From Macrostomum lignano (taxonomy: Eukaryota), in the NCBI GenBank assembly GCA_002269645.1, contig NIVC01000436.1:372001-436000 (forward strand): a stretch of 64,000 nucleotides of DNA, in the 5' to 3' direction. Under the pieces are notes generated by a model that worked only from the letters and a program-made list of their open reading frames with translations, made no database searches and was not told the origin of the DNA. Below are positions 1 through 13,400 of this stretch, piece by piece (position 1 is the first letter of the stretch; the number at the start of each line of letters is the position of its first letter). The position numbers were made by a program, and so were the translations under genes.

Positions 1-99
1 GAATCTTAAAACTTGATCCCTGATTCTGGGGGACTCAGCGCTCCCTAAATCTTGATACTTTAGATCCTTGAATATTGAGAAATAACAGAGATTTTTAAT

Positions 100-762
100 C
101 TAACCTGCGCCACGATTAGCAAATGCTTTAGTATAGGGATTAACGCTCATTCCGCCAACATTAACCCCAACACTGCCAGAGGATTGCACAGCGTTGGACC
201 CCGTCATAACAACGGCATCAGTTTGCAACTGTCGATCGCATTTAAGCATTTTTCTACGTGCCAATTCGCCTTCAAGATGCCGACTGACTGCGCGCAATCG
301 TTTGATTTTTGATTTATGTATTTGAGCAAGGCGCTCGGCCTCCTCGGCGCCACGAAGTGGCCGCGCCAGAGCGCGAAGCTCGGCAATTAAGCCTACGTGC
401 TCCGGCTGAAGAAGCGGATGGGCCACAGAGCCGGCGCTAGAGCCATCAACACCGATAGCAGCTGCAACTGCTTCACCATTGCATTGGACAGAATCTTTGT
501 TGCTGTGCTTGTCATTGCTACTATTATTACTACTAGTAGTAGTGTGCATAGTATCATGTCTTGAAACGCTATCAATGTGATTAGTTGTTTTTTTATTAAA
601 ATCATTATCACTATTTAGAACTGTTTGTTGCAGTGTCGCTGTTGCTAGTGAAGATGTCGATGTTGATGGCAATGCCATGGACACTGAGCTAGTGGTATGG
701 CCACCAACTTCAGCTGCTGGGTCAGGGTGCTGCAATTTTAAACCAAAATTCATAGTTTTCAC
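100..762 (-). CDS. Uncharacterised ORF: Ser/Thr/Asn low-complexity N-half and predicted coiled-coil C-half. Probably an exon or a relic of a longer coding region.
   Basis: 220-codon open frame. The C-half (LIAELRALARPLRGAEEAERLAQIHKSKIKRLRAVSRHLEGELARRK) looks like an amphipathic helix with GC-rich codons. The track start is GTG; the first ATG is at 753. No family recognised. Confidence 0.45.
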   Translation of the reverse strand: MKTMNFGLKLQHPDPAAEVGGHTTSSVSMALPSTSTSSLATATLQQTVLNSDNDFNKKTTNHIDSVSRHDTMHTTTSSNNSSNDKHSNKDSVQCNGEAVAAAIGVDGSSAGSVAHPLLQPEHVGLIAELRALARPLRGAEEAERLAQIHKSKIKRLRAVSRHLEGELARRKMLKCDRQLQTDAVVMTGSNAVQSSGSVGVNVGGMSVNPYTKAFANRGAG

Positions 763-2716
763 AATTTCCTTCTCCTTTTTTATTCATTTGGTTTTTTGGA
801 TTTTCCTTTCCCTTGTTGTCTATTTTTCATATTTTTATTAATTTTACTCATTTTCTATTATCATGCTTTTGTCCTATACATCCAAAATAACTTTTGATAC
901 TTGGTTATGATTAGTTTTTTCAACATATCTAATTTGGCTAGCTAGAATAGCTAGGTATTATGTATTCATTTATATTTGACATTGTTATTTTGAAATCATT
1001 TGGACATAGGCGTTTAAGTACTTATTAGTTAGTATAAAATTCTTATAATCATTAATCAATCACACCTATACATACATTAGTAAATTGGTATATACATAGA
1101 TACTACTTGGTCTAGCAAATATCTAGATAATAGCTTGGTACTTTAATATAAATCTAGTATATATCTAATCTAGTGACTAAAAACAATATGCACATAGGGT
1201 AACTAAAGTACAAGGTAATATGCTAGCATTTTTTATTACTACTAAACTAGATGCTTTAGAATTCTTTTCTTATTAGGTTTTTGCCAATAATAGATTCTTG
1301 CTATATAGATAAATAGTTTGATAACTGCCATAAAGATAAATGCCTTAGGCCTAATATACTTCATTAATGCTAATAATAATAATGACCAAGTTTGTCCTCT
1401 TATTATTACCTATAAAATTTGGCACTTGGGGCTTTATAGCTAGTTGAAATGGCTTTTAGAATTGGCCTTATGGTCAATATGCTCAAAAATAAAATATTTG
1501 TACTTACTATTTTAATTAATATCTTGAATGACTTAGCCTACTACAATACAAATATCAATTTATTATATTTTGCTAGCCATTAGTAGCAAATTAATAGGTC
1601 ATGATCTAGGCTAAAGGCTATTATATATATATAACATAGCATTCCTAGTTTATATTGGCCATGCAACCTAGTTTTAACAAAAATATAGCAAGTGGCTCAC
1701 TTTATTAACTAATAGATTAATTTAATGATCTATATTTGCCAAAACTCCAAAACTCTATCTAATTTGAATTATAAGACCATTTAATTTATTCTGGAAATTT
1801 ATTTTAAGGTCTAATCCTAGCTACCATAGGTATTCATAGATATAGTTTAGACATGAGATATCAATTTTATTATATCCTATTCTATATGATCCATTATAAT
1901 TAGGGACCTAGGTGAGGTTCCTATCCCATAACGTTATAATATATATGCAAAAGACAAATTTCAATGAAAGTAGATTTTTTGCAAATTAAAAACTTTGATA
2001 TAAAATAAAAATTTTAGTTTAAAATAGTTTTGTAATTATTTTTGTGAATAATAATATCAAGTTATATTATTTTAATATTATTAATAATTGCAAATACTTT
2101 TTTAATCTGCCAACATTCAATAATAATATTTATGCTCAATTTGTGATTTTCTTTAAACTCAAAATTTATATTTACCTTTGTTTCAATCATGTGTTTTAAA
2201 ATTAATATTGACTATATTCCAACATAGTATAAATAGATACAACCTAGCAGCCTAGCTAATAAGCTAATTAAACTTTTCTTTTCTTTTATAATTTTCTATA
2301 CTAAAAAACTTAGATAGAATAAGAATGCTAATAGTTAGGCCCTATCTAAGCAAATTAAGCTTAATCTAAATATACTAAATCTTCTATACTATAACTATAT
2401 CAATATATGGTAGTTTTAGATATATAGTATAGGCTCTACTTGCACTCATTTTGTTGTTTTCTATGACTATTTGTCCTTTTGCACTCATTTTTTTCTATTT
2501 TTGTTTTAAAAATTTTCACCTGGTACTCATTGACTCATTTTGTCTCTACCCTTACTTGTGCCTAAGCCACCCTCACTCATTTGCTCTCTTGCTGCCTTGC
2601 ATCAGTTTTCTACCCTTCCATGCATGCTAATTATCTCTGCCATGGCATTCTAGCTAGGCACTGTGCATTGGGTTGCACTTTGCTTTCTTTCTCTTTTTTC
2701 TTAATTGTCTGTTGGC

Positions 2717-3118
2717 TAGAGGTCGGATAGGATCCTAATCCCAATCCCAAAATCTCGGGATCCCAAGGAAAATTGAATTCCTGTAGGACCAGAATCCCAA
2801 CCCAAAAAAACTTGAGATTTGGGAATAGGTCTTTTGATTAATAATTTATAGAATTAGTGATTACTTGAAGGTATTTTGCTTTAACTTATACTCGTTACAT
2901 TATTTACTTTTTTGGTTACAAAACTTCATATCAATTTTGTTGTGTTTTACGTCTTGATCTTGACAATATTTTCTCAATTTTGTTTAACTTTATATGGACA
3001 ATACACTAAAAGACCTGATCCCAATTCCCAAATCCCAATCCTAATCCCGAGAAAAAAATTATTCCCGATCCCAATCCTGCCCCGGCTGCCTGAAGATTTC
3101 AATCCCGTCCGACCTCTA
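2717..3118. mobile_element. Non-autonomous hAT-type MITE (402 bp)
   Basis: Perfect 11-bp TIRs TAGAGGTCGGA (2717-2727) and TCCGACCTCTA (3108-3118). Perfect 8-bp TSD CTGTTGGC (2709-2716 and 3119-3126). Subterminal ATCCCAATCC repeats. An 8-bp TSD is diagnostic of the hAT superfamily. Confidence 0.85.
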
Positions 3119-4470
3119 CTGTTGGCTTAGAGTTGCTACTACTTTTTATATCAATATTTACTAGGCCAAGCCTATATAAGAGTTGCAAGCTAGGCCCCTA
3201 ATTGCTTTACCATTAGAACTGTTTTGGACTAAATGCTAAAATAAACTATTTTAGCAGACAAACTTTATTTTAGTAGACAAACTATTGCCTCTAAATAACA
3301 ACTAAAATAAACAAGAGTAGACAAATACAGTCATTGTAGATATAGACCTATAGCAAAAAGCAAATCATTTATGACTATGTCAATAGCAAAGCGTCTCAAG
3401 TTTGGTGGCAACAAGGCCAAATAGATATTTTTATTGTGTAAGAGTCTAGTCAAATATATAAGGAGGCCAACTAGGTAGGGGCCTAGCTAGTAAGCTAGTC
3501 CTAGTTGATACCAATATACCAATAAAGCTTGAATGTGTGCATGTGCATAGGTCCTACTAGAGTACTGTGGTGTCGATATATTAAGGCCCTAGGGCCTAGG
3601 CCCCTAACTATATTAGTCTGACTCAGACTGTCTGAGTAGGCCTATTATGTCTAAATGTACTTAGATACATTTAAGTATCTAAGCATTAAACAAGATACGT
3701 TTTTTTATTATTTAGGGTAAGGTCACCATCACATTCACGCTTTGGATTATTGGTTACATACGCAGGTTAATATTATAATGAAACGTGTAACCATGTCCAA
3801 TTGCCCATCGCGTAGTGTAGTTTATTGTTACTAATGATTGAAAAGCATAGCAGTCTGACTTAGCTAGGGGTAAGGGCCTATGAGGATTAAGACCGCGAAA
3901 AGTAGGCCCAAATGACGATGTAGTAAAGTAAATCCACATACTACAACTAAAATTTCTAACCAGAAAAAGAGAAATAGCAAAAACCTAGAAGTAATAGGTT
4001 TGTTCGTTCGCTAAACTATTAATTTGCTTTCTTTTAGATTATTTTGACAACCAAAGCGTCTTTTGAAACTCAATAAAACTTTTAATTAACTTCAACAGGG
4101 TTGTAACTAATTAACAACTTATCTACCATTTTACTTTTACCTAGAAAAAACAGAACAAAGGAAGTCTGTACAGCTCAGAGTCGAAGACCTTGGAGACTAG
4201 ATCTTTGTTGCACATAATTACGAGGTTTTTGAAGTACAACAAAATTAAAGTGTTTTTTGTAAATTAAAAAATAAGCGCTGTTAATTATGCCTTAAATTAT
4301 ATAAAACGTATTATTCCAGTAATTTTTTTTAATGAAAGCTTAATTCTTAAATCACAAACCAGCATCTCTATGCTACTATTGAAACTCGATTAATTTCAAC
4401 TGAAACAAGTAAATGTCCATTTTTCATTTATCGAGTACACGCATTTTATGATTGGATCCGGCGTTAAACC

Positions 4471-7400
4471 ATGGCGACAGAAAACAAAGCTTCCGACAAG
4501 GAAGAACTGATTGATTTAAACGAGAGATTTCACTTTTACGTTCGTCGTGTACGCCAGCTTCGTGATGAATCCGATTTGGAAACATTTTACAAGTCTATTG
4601 CCACTCTTGAAGATGAAGTAAAAGAGGTTCGCAAGTCCTACGAATCAGAAATCTCCAAACTAAAGTAAGAATTTAGTTTGGGTCACTATTATTTAACCTG
4701 TTTAGGTCACTAAAGCAAATAGTAGTAGTTTAGTTGTCACATTGGTATCAAATAGTTCTTACTTCATTCCATCAAGCGAAGTTTTTTTTACTTTAGCGAG
4801 ATTCATTCATCGTCTTTCATCGAGTTATGATATTTTGCACGCGTGCGCGTGGTAAGTTAGTATAAGTAGTATCTAACAGTAGTGGATTTAAGATGGAATT
4901 AAAGGGATTTAGATGGATTTAGAGCTCCCTTTGAGTTAGCTTTTATATTTTTTAAGTTGGGTATTTTATATTTATATGAATAAAAAATCAAAAGCAAAGA
5001 TAACCTTAGTAATTTTGGATCAGGAGGTAATTATACATGTATGGTATCAAAATTTGAGATGTTTATGGTAATAATTACAGTACTGAGTACTTAAAAGAAA
5101 GAAAATACATGTGTACCACTCGAAATCTTTTTTTAGTAAAAAATATTGCGGAAAATACTAGAAATTTTAATCGCAATAATAATAATAAGTTTTGAAAGTA
5201 TTCAACCGAACTTCAAAATCTGTATCTCTAAGCTATGAACCGCTGTCAATTTTTTCTTTCATACATACAGTAGCTATATTTACGCATATGATTATTTTGC
5301 CTGGAACTAAACAAAAAGTTTGCTACTCAAATTCTTAATAGCAGAAAAATAATTTAGTAACAAAATCTGAAACCAAAAATGTTTCAGGTATGCCATCGAG
5401 ATCCTCAATCGAGAGAAGTCAGAGATGGAGAAAGACATTATTGCTCGCAAGAACATGGAAGCACATCTAAATGATCGGTAAATGTTGGTTTTATGTTCAT
5501 TGTTTGGAGCGAATTAGGTCTGTAACTTATACGTAGCTATCTTCCAACCAATAAACCCGTGATTTTAGCTTGAACGTGGAGGTGGACAAGACTCAGCGCT
5601 ACGTGACAGAGATCAGCCAGTTGAAAAATGAAATCGTCGACAAAGACTATCAAATTCGCGAGCTGAATATGAATCTTAACCAGGCCCAATACGACAACAG
5701 CGGGATGAAGAAAGACTTGGAAACAAAGACTAGACTGGCTGAGGACTTGAAGCGACAGTGAGTCGACTATTTTGAAATTTATTTTCAGTCGAAAGGAAAT
5801 ATAATTGCAAACATTACAATGTCTAAATTTTGTAGACTTGATCTAAGCAAAAGCGAGTACAAAGACACCACCAATCGTCTGCAGATTGTGGAAGAGAAAC
5901 TTTCTTTTCAGGAATCATTCACAGAAGAAGTGAGTAAAGCATGTTGACAAATAAATTTAAGCTTCAAATGATGTTGAGAAAGTTGAACTTAACCTACAGT
6001 ATGCTAATAGACTATGACTTCTCCCGTAATCATTAGAAGGCATGGAACTAAGCTTTGTGAGTATCTGGGTAAAGTTCAATATTTATAAAGTCGTGACTAT
6101 AATGACCAGGAGAGGGTAGAGTCCGAGCTCCGCCATGACCAGGAGAGGGTAGAGTCCGAGCTCCGCCATGACTAGGAGACTGTAGAGTCCGAGCTCCGCC
6201 ATGACCAGGAGAGGGTAGAGCTCCGCCATGACTAGGAGACTGTAGAGTCCGAGCTCCGCCATGACCAGGAGAGGGTAGAGCTCCGCCATGACTAGGAGAC
6301 TGTAGAGTCCGAGCTCCGCCATGACCAGGAGAGGGTAGAGTCCGAGCTCCGCCATGAACAGGAGAGAGGGTAGAGTCCGAGCTCCGCCATGACCAGGAGA
6401 GGGTAGAGCTCCGCCATGACTAGGAGACTGTAGAGTCCGAGCTCCGCCATGACCAGGAGAGGGTAGAGTCCGAGCTCCGCCATGAACAGGAGAGAGGGTA
6501 GAGTCCGAGCTCCGCCATGACCAGGAGAGAGGGTAGAGCCCGAGCTCCGCCATGACCAGGAGAGAGGGTAGAGTCCGAGCTCCGCCATGACCAGGAGAGA
6601 GGGTAGAGTCCGAGCTCCGCCATGACCAGGAGAGAGGGTAGAGCCCGAGCTCCGCCATGACCAGGAGAGAGGGTAGAGTCCGAGCTCCGCCATCAAAGGC
6701 ATCCTTTAACAGTGACAAACTATAAATCACTAACGTATAACGACACCAATTGCAGCGCATGGGCGAGCTCAAGCGTCGAATCGAGACCTACCTGATGCAG
6801 ATTGCTGAGCTAGAAAACAAATGCGAACTGTCCGAAGCTCGAGAGGCCGCCTTCCCCGACCAGCTTCGCCAAGTGAAAGAGACGGCGGACGCCGATTTGC
6901 GCAAGTTTCAACGCGACACTGAGGAGTTCTACAAGGGCAGCATCCAGACGCTGCAGGAGCAGCTCGAGGAGGAGATTGGCGAGAACAAAAAACTGCAGGG
7001 CGAAGTTGAACGACTCAACGATAAGATTGTTGAGTACAGGAATCAGGTGAGAAATGCATTTGCAAGCATAGATGATTATTGGACCCCTTTGCGATTGGCT
7101 ATGCTAAAGCTCAGTTCATGTGGCACACATTTCCATTTGGACATTTTAATCACTAGCTCATCAATCGCAGGTTACGGAGCTGAAGTCTCAAATCACCATG
7201 CTGGAGCAGCAGAAGCGCGTTCTCAGCCAATCATTGGAGTCTGAACGTCACCAGAACACGTACGCAATCAGCGGACTCGAGCGCAAGCTCAAGGAGGTCC
7301 AACAGGAACTGCAGGCCAAGGTGACCGAGATGAACCAGAAACAGGACGTGAGCGCCTCGCTCCGGGCAGAGCTGGACGCGATGCGCGCTCTGATTGAGGA

Positions 7401-10400
7401 GGAGGAGACCCGGCTGGGAATCCGGATCAGGCCGGCTGCGCCCATCAACTATCCCGGAAGCGGTGGCAACGGCGGAGGCACTCAGCAGCAGCAGCAGTTG
7501 ACAACAGTTACAACTGTAGTTGAAGCTACCAGTACGTCGAAGACTGCCGAGACAACAACAGCCGTTGTTGCCTCAACTCAGGTGGCAGGTAAAACTGAAC
7601 AAACTAAAACCAAAACTTCGAACGCGGAGGCAACAAGCTCCTCAGAGGTGCAACACGACATTGCTGAGCAGAAGCGGCCGCAGTTGAAGCAGCGCGACTC
7701 GGACTGGCAGAAGATGAGGTTCCTCGCCGAGGAGACTCAGAAAGCTATGGCCAACAGCGGCGGCGGCGGCGGCTCGTCTGGCAGCTCGCAGGCCGGAGAG
7801 GAGGGCATGCAACTGGACCTGAACGAAGCGACTGCAGCGTCGGCCGACGAGGCGGTGTCGCCTAACGATGGCTACGACGAGCCGAAAACTCCGCGTGACA
7901 AAGTGGTCGGACCCGTGCTGGGCGGCAGTAGCAAGGGACCGGGCGTATCCAATGCCGTTGGACCTCTGGTTGGTGCTGGGGCGTCTGGCGACAAAGAAGC
8001 GACACCACCTAGGAGCGGGTCGAGTAAGTGCACTCTGTTTGCCTTACTCTGTTTAAACACCAATCTTATCTATCTCGCTTCGGATTGGCTTATCGTAGCA
8101 TCCTGACAGCTTCAGATGATCGTAAACGTGCTTTGACCTCTTCACCATGCACATGCATTTTCCTAATGATATCTTGCATTAATTAGTTCAATGAAACAAT
8201 GCCCCTTTCTAATTAGGAGGGAGTTCATTTTGCGATACGAATCATTTTGGAAAACTTCTCATAAACAGGCAAACGTCGCTCTGCACGCAACGAAGGCGAG
8301 GGTCGCGACTACTTCGAGGAGTTGTTCGAAGACATCGACGATCGGATGGAGGAGGCAGGCGCAATGCAGCCGCAGCCTCAGGATACGTCGGTCATGCAGT
8401 CCAGGTGAGTCAAGACTTTTAATTAAGGTTACCTAGCGAAATAAGAGACGAGATCCTGAGATGAAATAGAGTGAGGCGAAGTAACTGATAGCTAAGTATA
8501 TGATCAGGTGATTATTTAAAAAAAGTTAATATGCAACATGCATGACATAAAGCCGAAACCGCTGTGTTTACAACTGCCTCTAACACCCCGTCTACGAATA
8601 TAGGAACTGAAATTGAACTGGAGCATGTAAAAATTCGGTTTCTCAAATGTGTTTTCAATTCACGATTGTTCACTAAAGTTGGATCAACTAATGTTGTTCA
8701 TTTTCTGTTTTATTCAATAAGCTGCACAATTGCAGCTGCAGTACATCTCTAAAAGAAGCATTGAAAACTTTTTGCAGCGCCATCGGCGACATCAAGATTC
8801 TGGAGGTGAATCCGGAGGGAAAATTTGTTCGAGTTCTCAACTCCAATGAGAAAACGGTGAGAGATTGTAACATGTACTTAATGGACAACGTGGGGAACTC
8901 CTTCATTTGAGGAGAAATTCCCGGAACTGAATTCTGCATGCTCCCAGAGTTGAAAATCGAATTCATTCGGTCCCGTTCATTGGAGCTGGAATCCACTTTC
9001 TGTCCAGCCATTTACCAAACCGTTTAGCCTCTTTGTCCATCATCTTTTGCTGGCAGCTGTTATTTTGTCTCACATCCTACAGCAAGGGTCAACAAACTTT
9101 TTACCTCAAGGGCCGGATGAAGAAGTCAGCTCATGGCTATGGGCCAGTTGAGAGAAAAAAGGAGGGGAATAGAAGAGATAAGAAACAAAACAAGATGAGA
9201 AAACAGGGGAGAGACGAGAGAAGGAAGAGAAGAGAGAGGGGACAGGGGGAGAGGGAAGAGAGGAGAGGGAGATAGAGGGGAAAGAGGGGAGAGAGGAGAG
9301 AGGGAAATCTGGGAGAGAAGAGAGAAGGAGGAGAGAGGAGAGAGAGGGGAGAAGAGAGAGGGAGATAGAGGGAAGAGAGGAGAGGGAGATGGGAGATAGA
9401 AGGGAGAGAGGAGAGAAGAGAAGGGGAGAAGAGAGAGGGGAAGAGAGGAGAGAGGAGATAGAGGAGAGAGGGGAGAGAGGAGATAGAGGAGAGAGGCGAG
9501 AGAAGCTCTCTCTAGAGAGGGGAGTGGGGAGAGGGGTGAGGGGAGAGAGGGATAAGAGAGTGGGCAGTGGTGGGGAGCGGGGAGAGGAGATAGGAGAGAG
9601 AAGAGAAAAGACAAACATTAAGCGGGCCGGATTGCTATTGTGAAGTTTCAATGGACCTGAGGGCCGGATAGAGAAGCTTCGCGGGCCGCATGTGGACCGC
9701 GGACCGGAGTTGTCCGACCCCTGTGACCTACAGCAAGTCCTCTGGTAATGAGTTCAATCCCAATTCTGTATACCCTTACATCACCACTTCAACTACCAGG
9801 AGGCCGAGTTCGGCAACTTCGCGGTGCAGCAAAACATCGGCGGCCATCCGATCGCCGTGTTCCGCTTCCCGCCGCACACGAAAATCAAGCCGAACAGCAC
9901 GGCGACAATCTGGGCCGGCTGCAATCCGCCAACCGAAGCGTTGCACCAGCCGCCTACAGATTTCTATTGGCGAGAATATGACCGGTTCAATACGGGGCCG
10001 GAGTGCACTACGGTTGTGTGCGAGCCAAGCGGACGGGTGAGACTCTTGTTTCTCTGTGACCCTTCTGATTTCTTTTAAAACGGTTACTTTCAGCATGCCT
10101 ACATGCAACTATAATTTGTGCTTCAACCTCAAAGGCGGTTGTAGCCTAGAAAGGGGGTTGAAGCCAAGTGGTTACAACGTCAGACTCACGACTGAAACGT
10201 CGGGGGTTCGATTTTCGACCTACTCTGAAAAATTTGTGTCCTTAAGCAAGACACCTAACTCTGCATTGCTTCAGTTCACCCAGCTGTAAAATGGATGCCA
10301 GCATTAGCTGGGGTAATTGAAGATGTGTGCCCCCCCCTCGCTAAGTCCTTGGACTGAACAGCCGTACGCAGCCTTCAGATGCGCCGCGCAATAGCTGCGG

Positions 10401-13400
10401 CTGAGCTGTCAGTTGCTGGAACAAAAATTATATTATTTTTCAACCTCAAAACACTGACTTCACACCTTTAGAAAGATTGGGGGCAAGGGATCGAGGGGGT
10501 CCTTGTGGTAGCGCGTCTGATTATTTTACGCCGAAGTACCCTTTGACTCAGGCACGCAAGCACGATTTGGCATAAAAAAACCTTTATTATCAACTGCACC
10601 AGCTTCAGAAAAGTATGCGATTTGGACTTTGGACACGATCGTACGTCTCTCACTGAAACATGCGTCCCCGATTTTCCTCATATTACAGTCCATAGCCTGG
10701 ACCACGCCGTACCACCGCTACTCAAAGGACGCCTTTCTTATTGTCACGCCGACAGCCTCGCAGAAAACGTCGGCTAGAGACCCATCTGAGGACTTTGACG
10801 GCCTTGAGGGCGAGCCAAAACTGCCGCAGCATCGAACCCTGCCGCGAGAGGAGCCTGCAACCTTGAGGCGGTGAGTTTAGTGCTTTTGGAAACAAAATTT
10901 ATGACATTTAAAGACGACCTCATTTGGGACCTCATGTGCATGGGGCCTCTACTAAAATTGATAGAAATAAAAAATGATACACCATGTGAAGTTTAAAGGT
11001 GCAGAATTGCTGTCTCAAAACGTAATTTACTGACCTATATTCATAGTTTAATTGTACCCTACTTGCTCCCGCCTCAAAACACAGCGAGAAGACTATGCCC
11101 TGCTACGTGTCGTCGCGTCATCCACACGCCCAGCCAACCTGCAACAGCGTGCATCCGCGATGTGACTCGCCTCGCACCGGCCTGTGGGGCAACGATAATA
11201 GCTCAGTAAATAGGCAGTCGCGCTCGCAAATGACTCGAGTACCAGATCGAGTTCCTGGTGAGCGTATTTTTGGTTTTCATGACTCGTACATGTACTTCTT
11301 GCATTTTATATTGTATTGAATCACTGAATCAGTTACTTACGATGGGTTGATGTGGCGAGGGATCGTTTTTACAAGTTCGAAACTTCGTCGAACAGTCTTA
11401 TGGTAATTGTTACCTTCACTAGAGCAAAACTTCACAAGCTCGAAATTTCACTATAAACGAATTCTTTAAGATTGCGTGTATACTAGCGAAAGTTGCTCGC
11501 AGGGCTTTTTAATGATGTGAAGTCTCGACTCGAGCATATGAAACGCGACGCCCACGTTTTGGGTGACAAATTAAAAATGATCGATTTAAAAGTCTTCATT
11601 GATATTTTTTGTTTAGCTTATTGGCTTACATTTGACTAAAGAGGTAGAAAATATATTGGCTGTTTCTCCTATCCCTTGTGGAGAGTCTATAGCTATGGAG
11701 TTAATATTTTAAACTGCAGTTGCTAACCTGAAGACTTTAATTCTGCGTTTCTGCCTTTGCTTGAAGAGATCAACTAAAAATGGTATTGATAAAAATTATT
11801 TAACAGAGCGATTGTTGAATGCAATCTTATACCAGGTGAGCCGTACACTGGCAGCAGCAACCAGGTGATGGGCTTGGCCCGTGTCATGCACTATCAAGCC
11901 AGCCTTCGCAAAAGTGCCACTATTGGCAACAGAGCTGTAAGTGCATATTGTCTTTTTTTCAATTACTGATCGTCTTGAACTGAATGCAGTTACTACTACT
12001 GTAGATAGATCTATATAGGCCGAATTCGACGCTTAATTACTTACTGAAACATTAACAAACTAATCCATCAGCCCGTTTTGTTGGGTCAATCGTATCGTAT
12101 TACATGCGGACTTTTACCTTTTAACACCTATTAGCACTTTTATAATTGGGTGATTGGGTGTCCCAGAAGTAGTGCCACTTTTATGCGTGTAAAGGTGGTA
12201 CGTTACACCTTTCTTCTGTGCAAGCGTAGAATTACTGTATCGTGTATATATTTATATTTATATCTATATTTATATGGTCAAGGGTGCGCAAGCAAATGCC
12301 TAGAGCAGGAAGAATACATGCGAAAATCGGATTTTCTGTGCTTGAAAGCTAAAAAAGCTGCTTAGTCGGCCAATGCAAAAAGTAATTAACACTCACGTTC
12401 CTATACTAGTGGGGAAAGAAAATGGTGACACTTAAACTTTCATGACACCCCTCGTACAAATGTTAATATTTTATTAATTTACTTTAGCCAGTATAGTTAT
12501 TTACGACTCGTAGAGAGGCCTTCAATATTTTATAAGTTTTACTTCTACATGTACATGCAAAATTGTGTGTAATTATGTTCGTTCGCACACACGCACATTT
12601 GGGAGCCAGATGCATGATTGCCCTAATTTATATGTACATGCATGTACAAATCACGACGAAACGATCCAGGTTAGGTAATGGTTGGGAATTATTGCATTAT
12701 GCATGTTTGCGGTAATGTAATAATAAGCATATATTACTACAGTGTTTCTTAGGTACTGATATGTACAACAGGTGTGATTTTATTTAGCCCAACTTAAAGT
12801 CAATCATGCAATTAAATAAGTGAGCAATTTAATAAATTGATAGTAGATATAGTTTCTTGAAAATCGACAGTTAATTATTATTTCAAATTTTTTAAGCAAA
12901 AGCCTAAATCTTTTCAATAATATTTTCTTTAAAAAAATTACTTGTAGACTACAATTCCGCAAAAACGTTTATTATACCTTTAACACCACAACGACAAATT
13001 TATAACCATTAACATTTATGTAATGAAGTACTGGTGTCTTGCTGCTTCCCAATCAGTTGCGAGAGCTGCCTACCTTGAGCTCCTCTGGGAAGTCTCCAGG
13101 TTGATCTAGTAGCGTCGGTAGTGCTGCCACCAGCTTCGCAGAGTCGCAGCCTTCGGTGAGGTGCTGAGCTCGTAGAAGCAAATAATTAAGACGAGAGAAA
13201 GAGACTCGCACTCCGTGCAGATTTAGCAGTTCTCGCGCAGAGGTGCCCACCGTCAGCAGTCCCTGCCGGGCTGGTGCGGGGTGAGAGCGAAAGTGCTAGC
13301 TTCGGGCGATCTGAGCTGGCCTGCTAGCTGATAGCAGGAACAATCAGAGCCAGAGGCAGTCACGCGCAAAGTCGGGAGTCTTGGAGTTCAACTTAAGCGC

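Noticed and set aside
6083-6772. Minus-strand MAELGLYPL-repeat ORFs
   Set aside because: Read through the intronic 31-bp minisatellite on the strand opposite a well-supported gene.
9106-9651. Leu/Ser/Pro-rich and Arg/Glu/Gly-rich ORFs (also 45992-46937)
   Set aside because: Translations of GA-rich low-complexity tracts.
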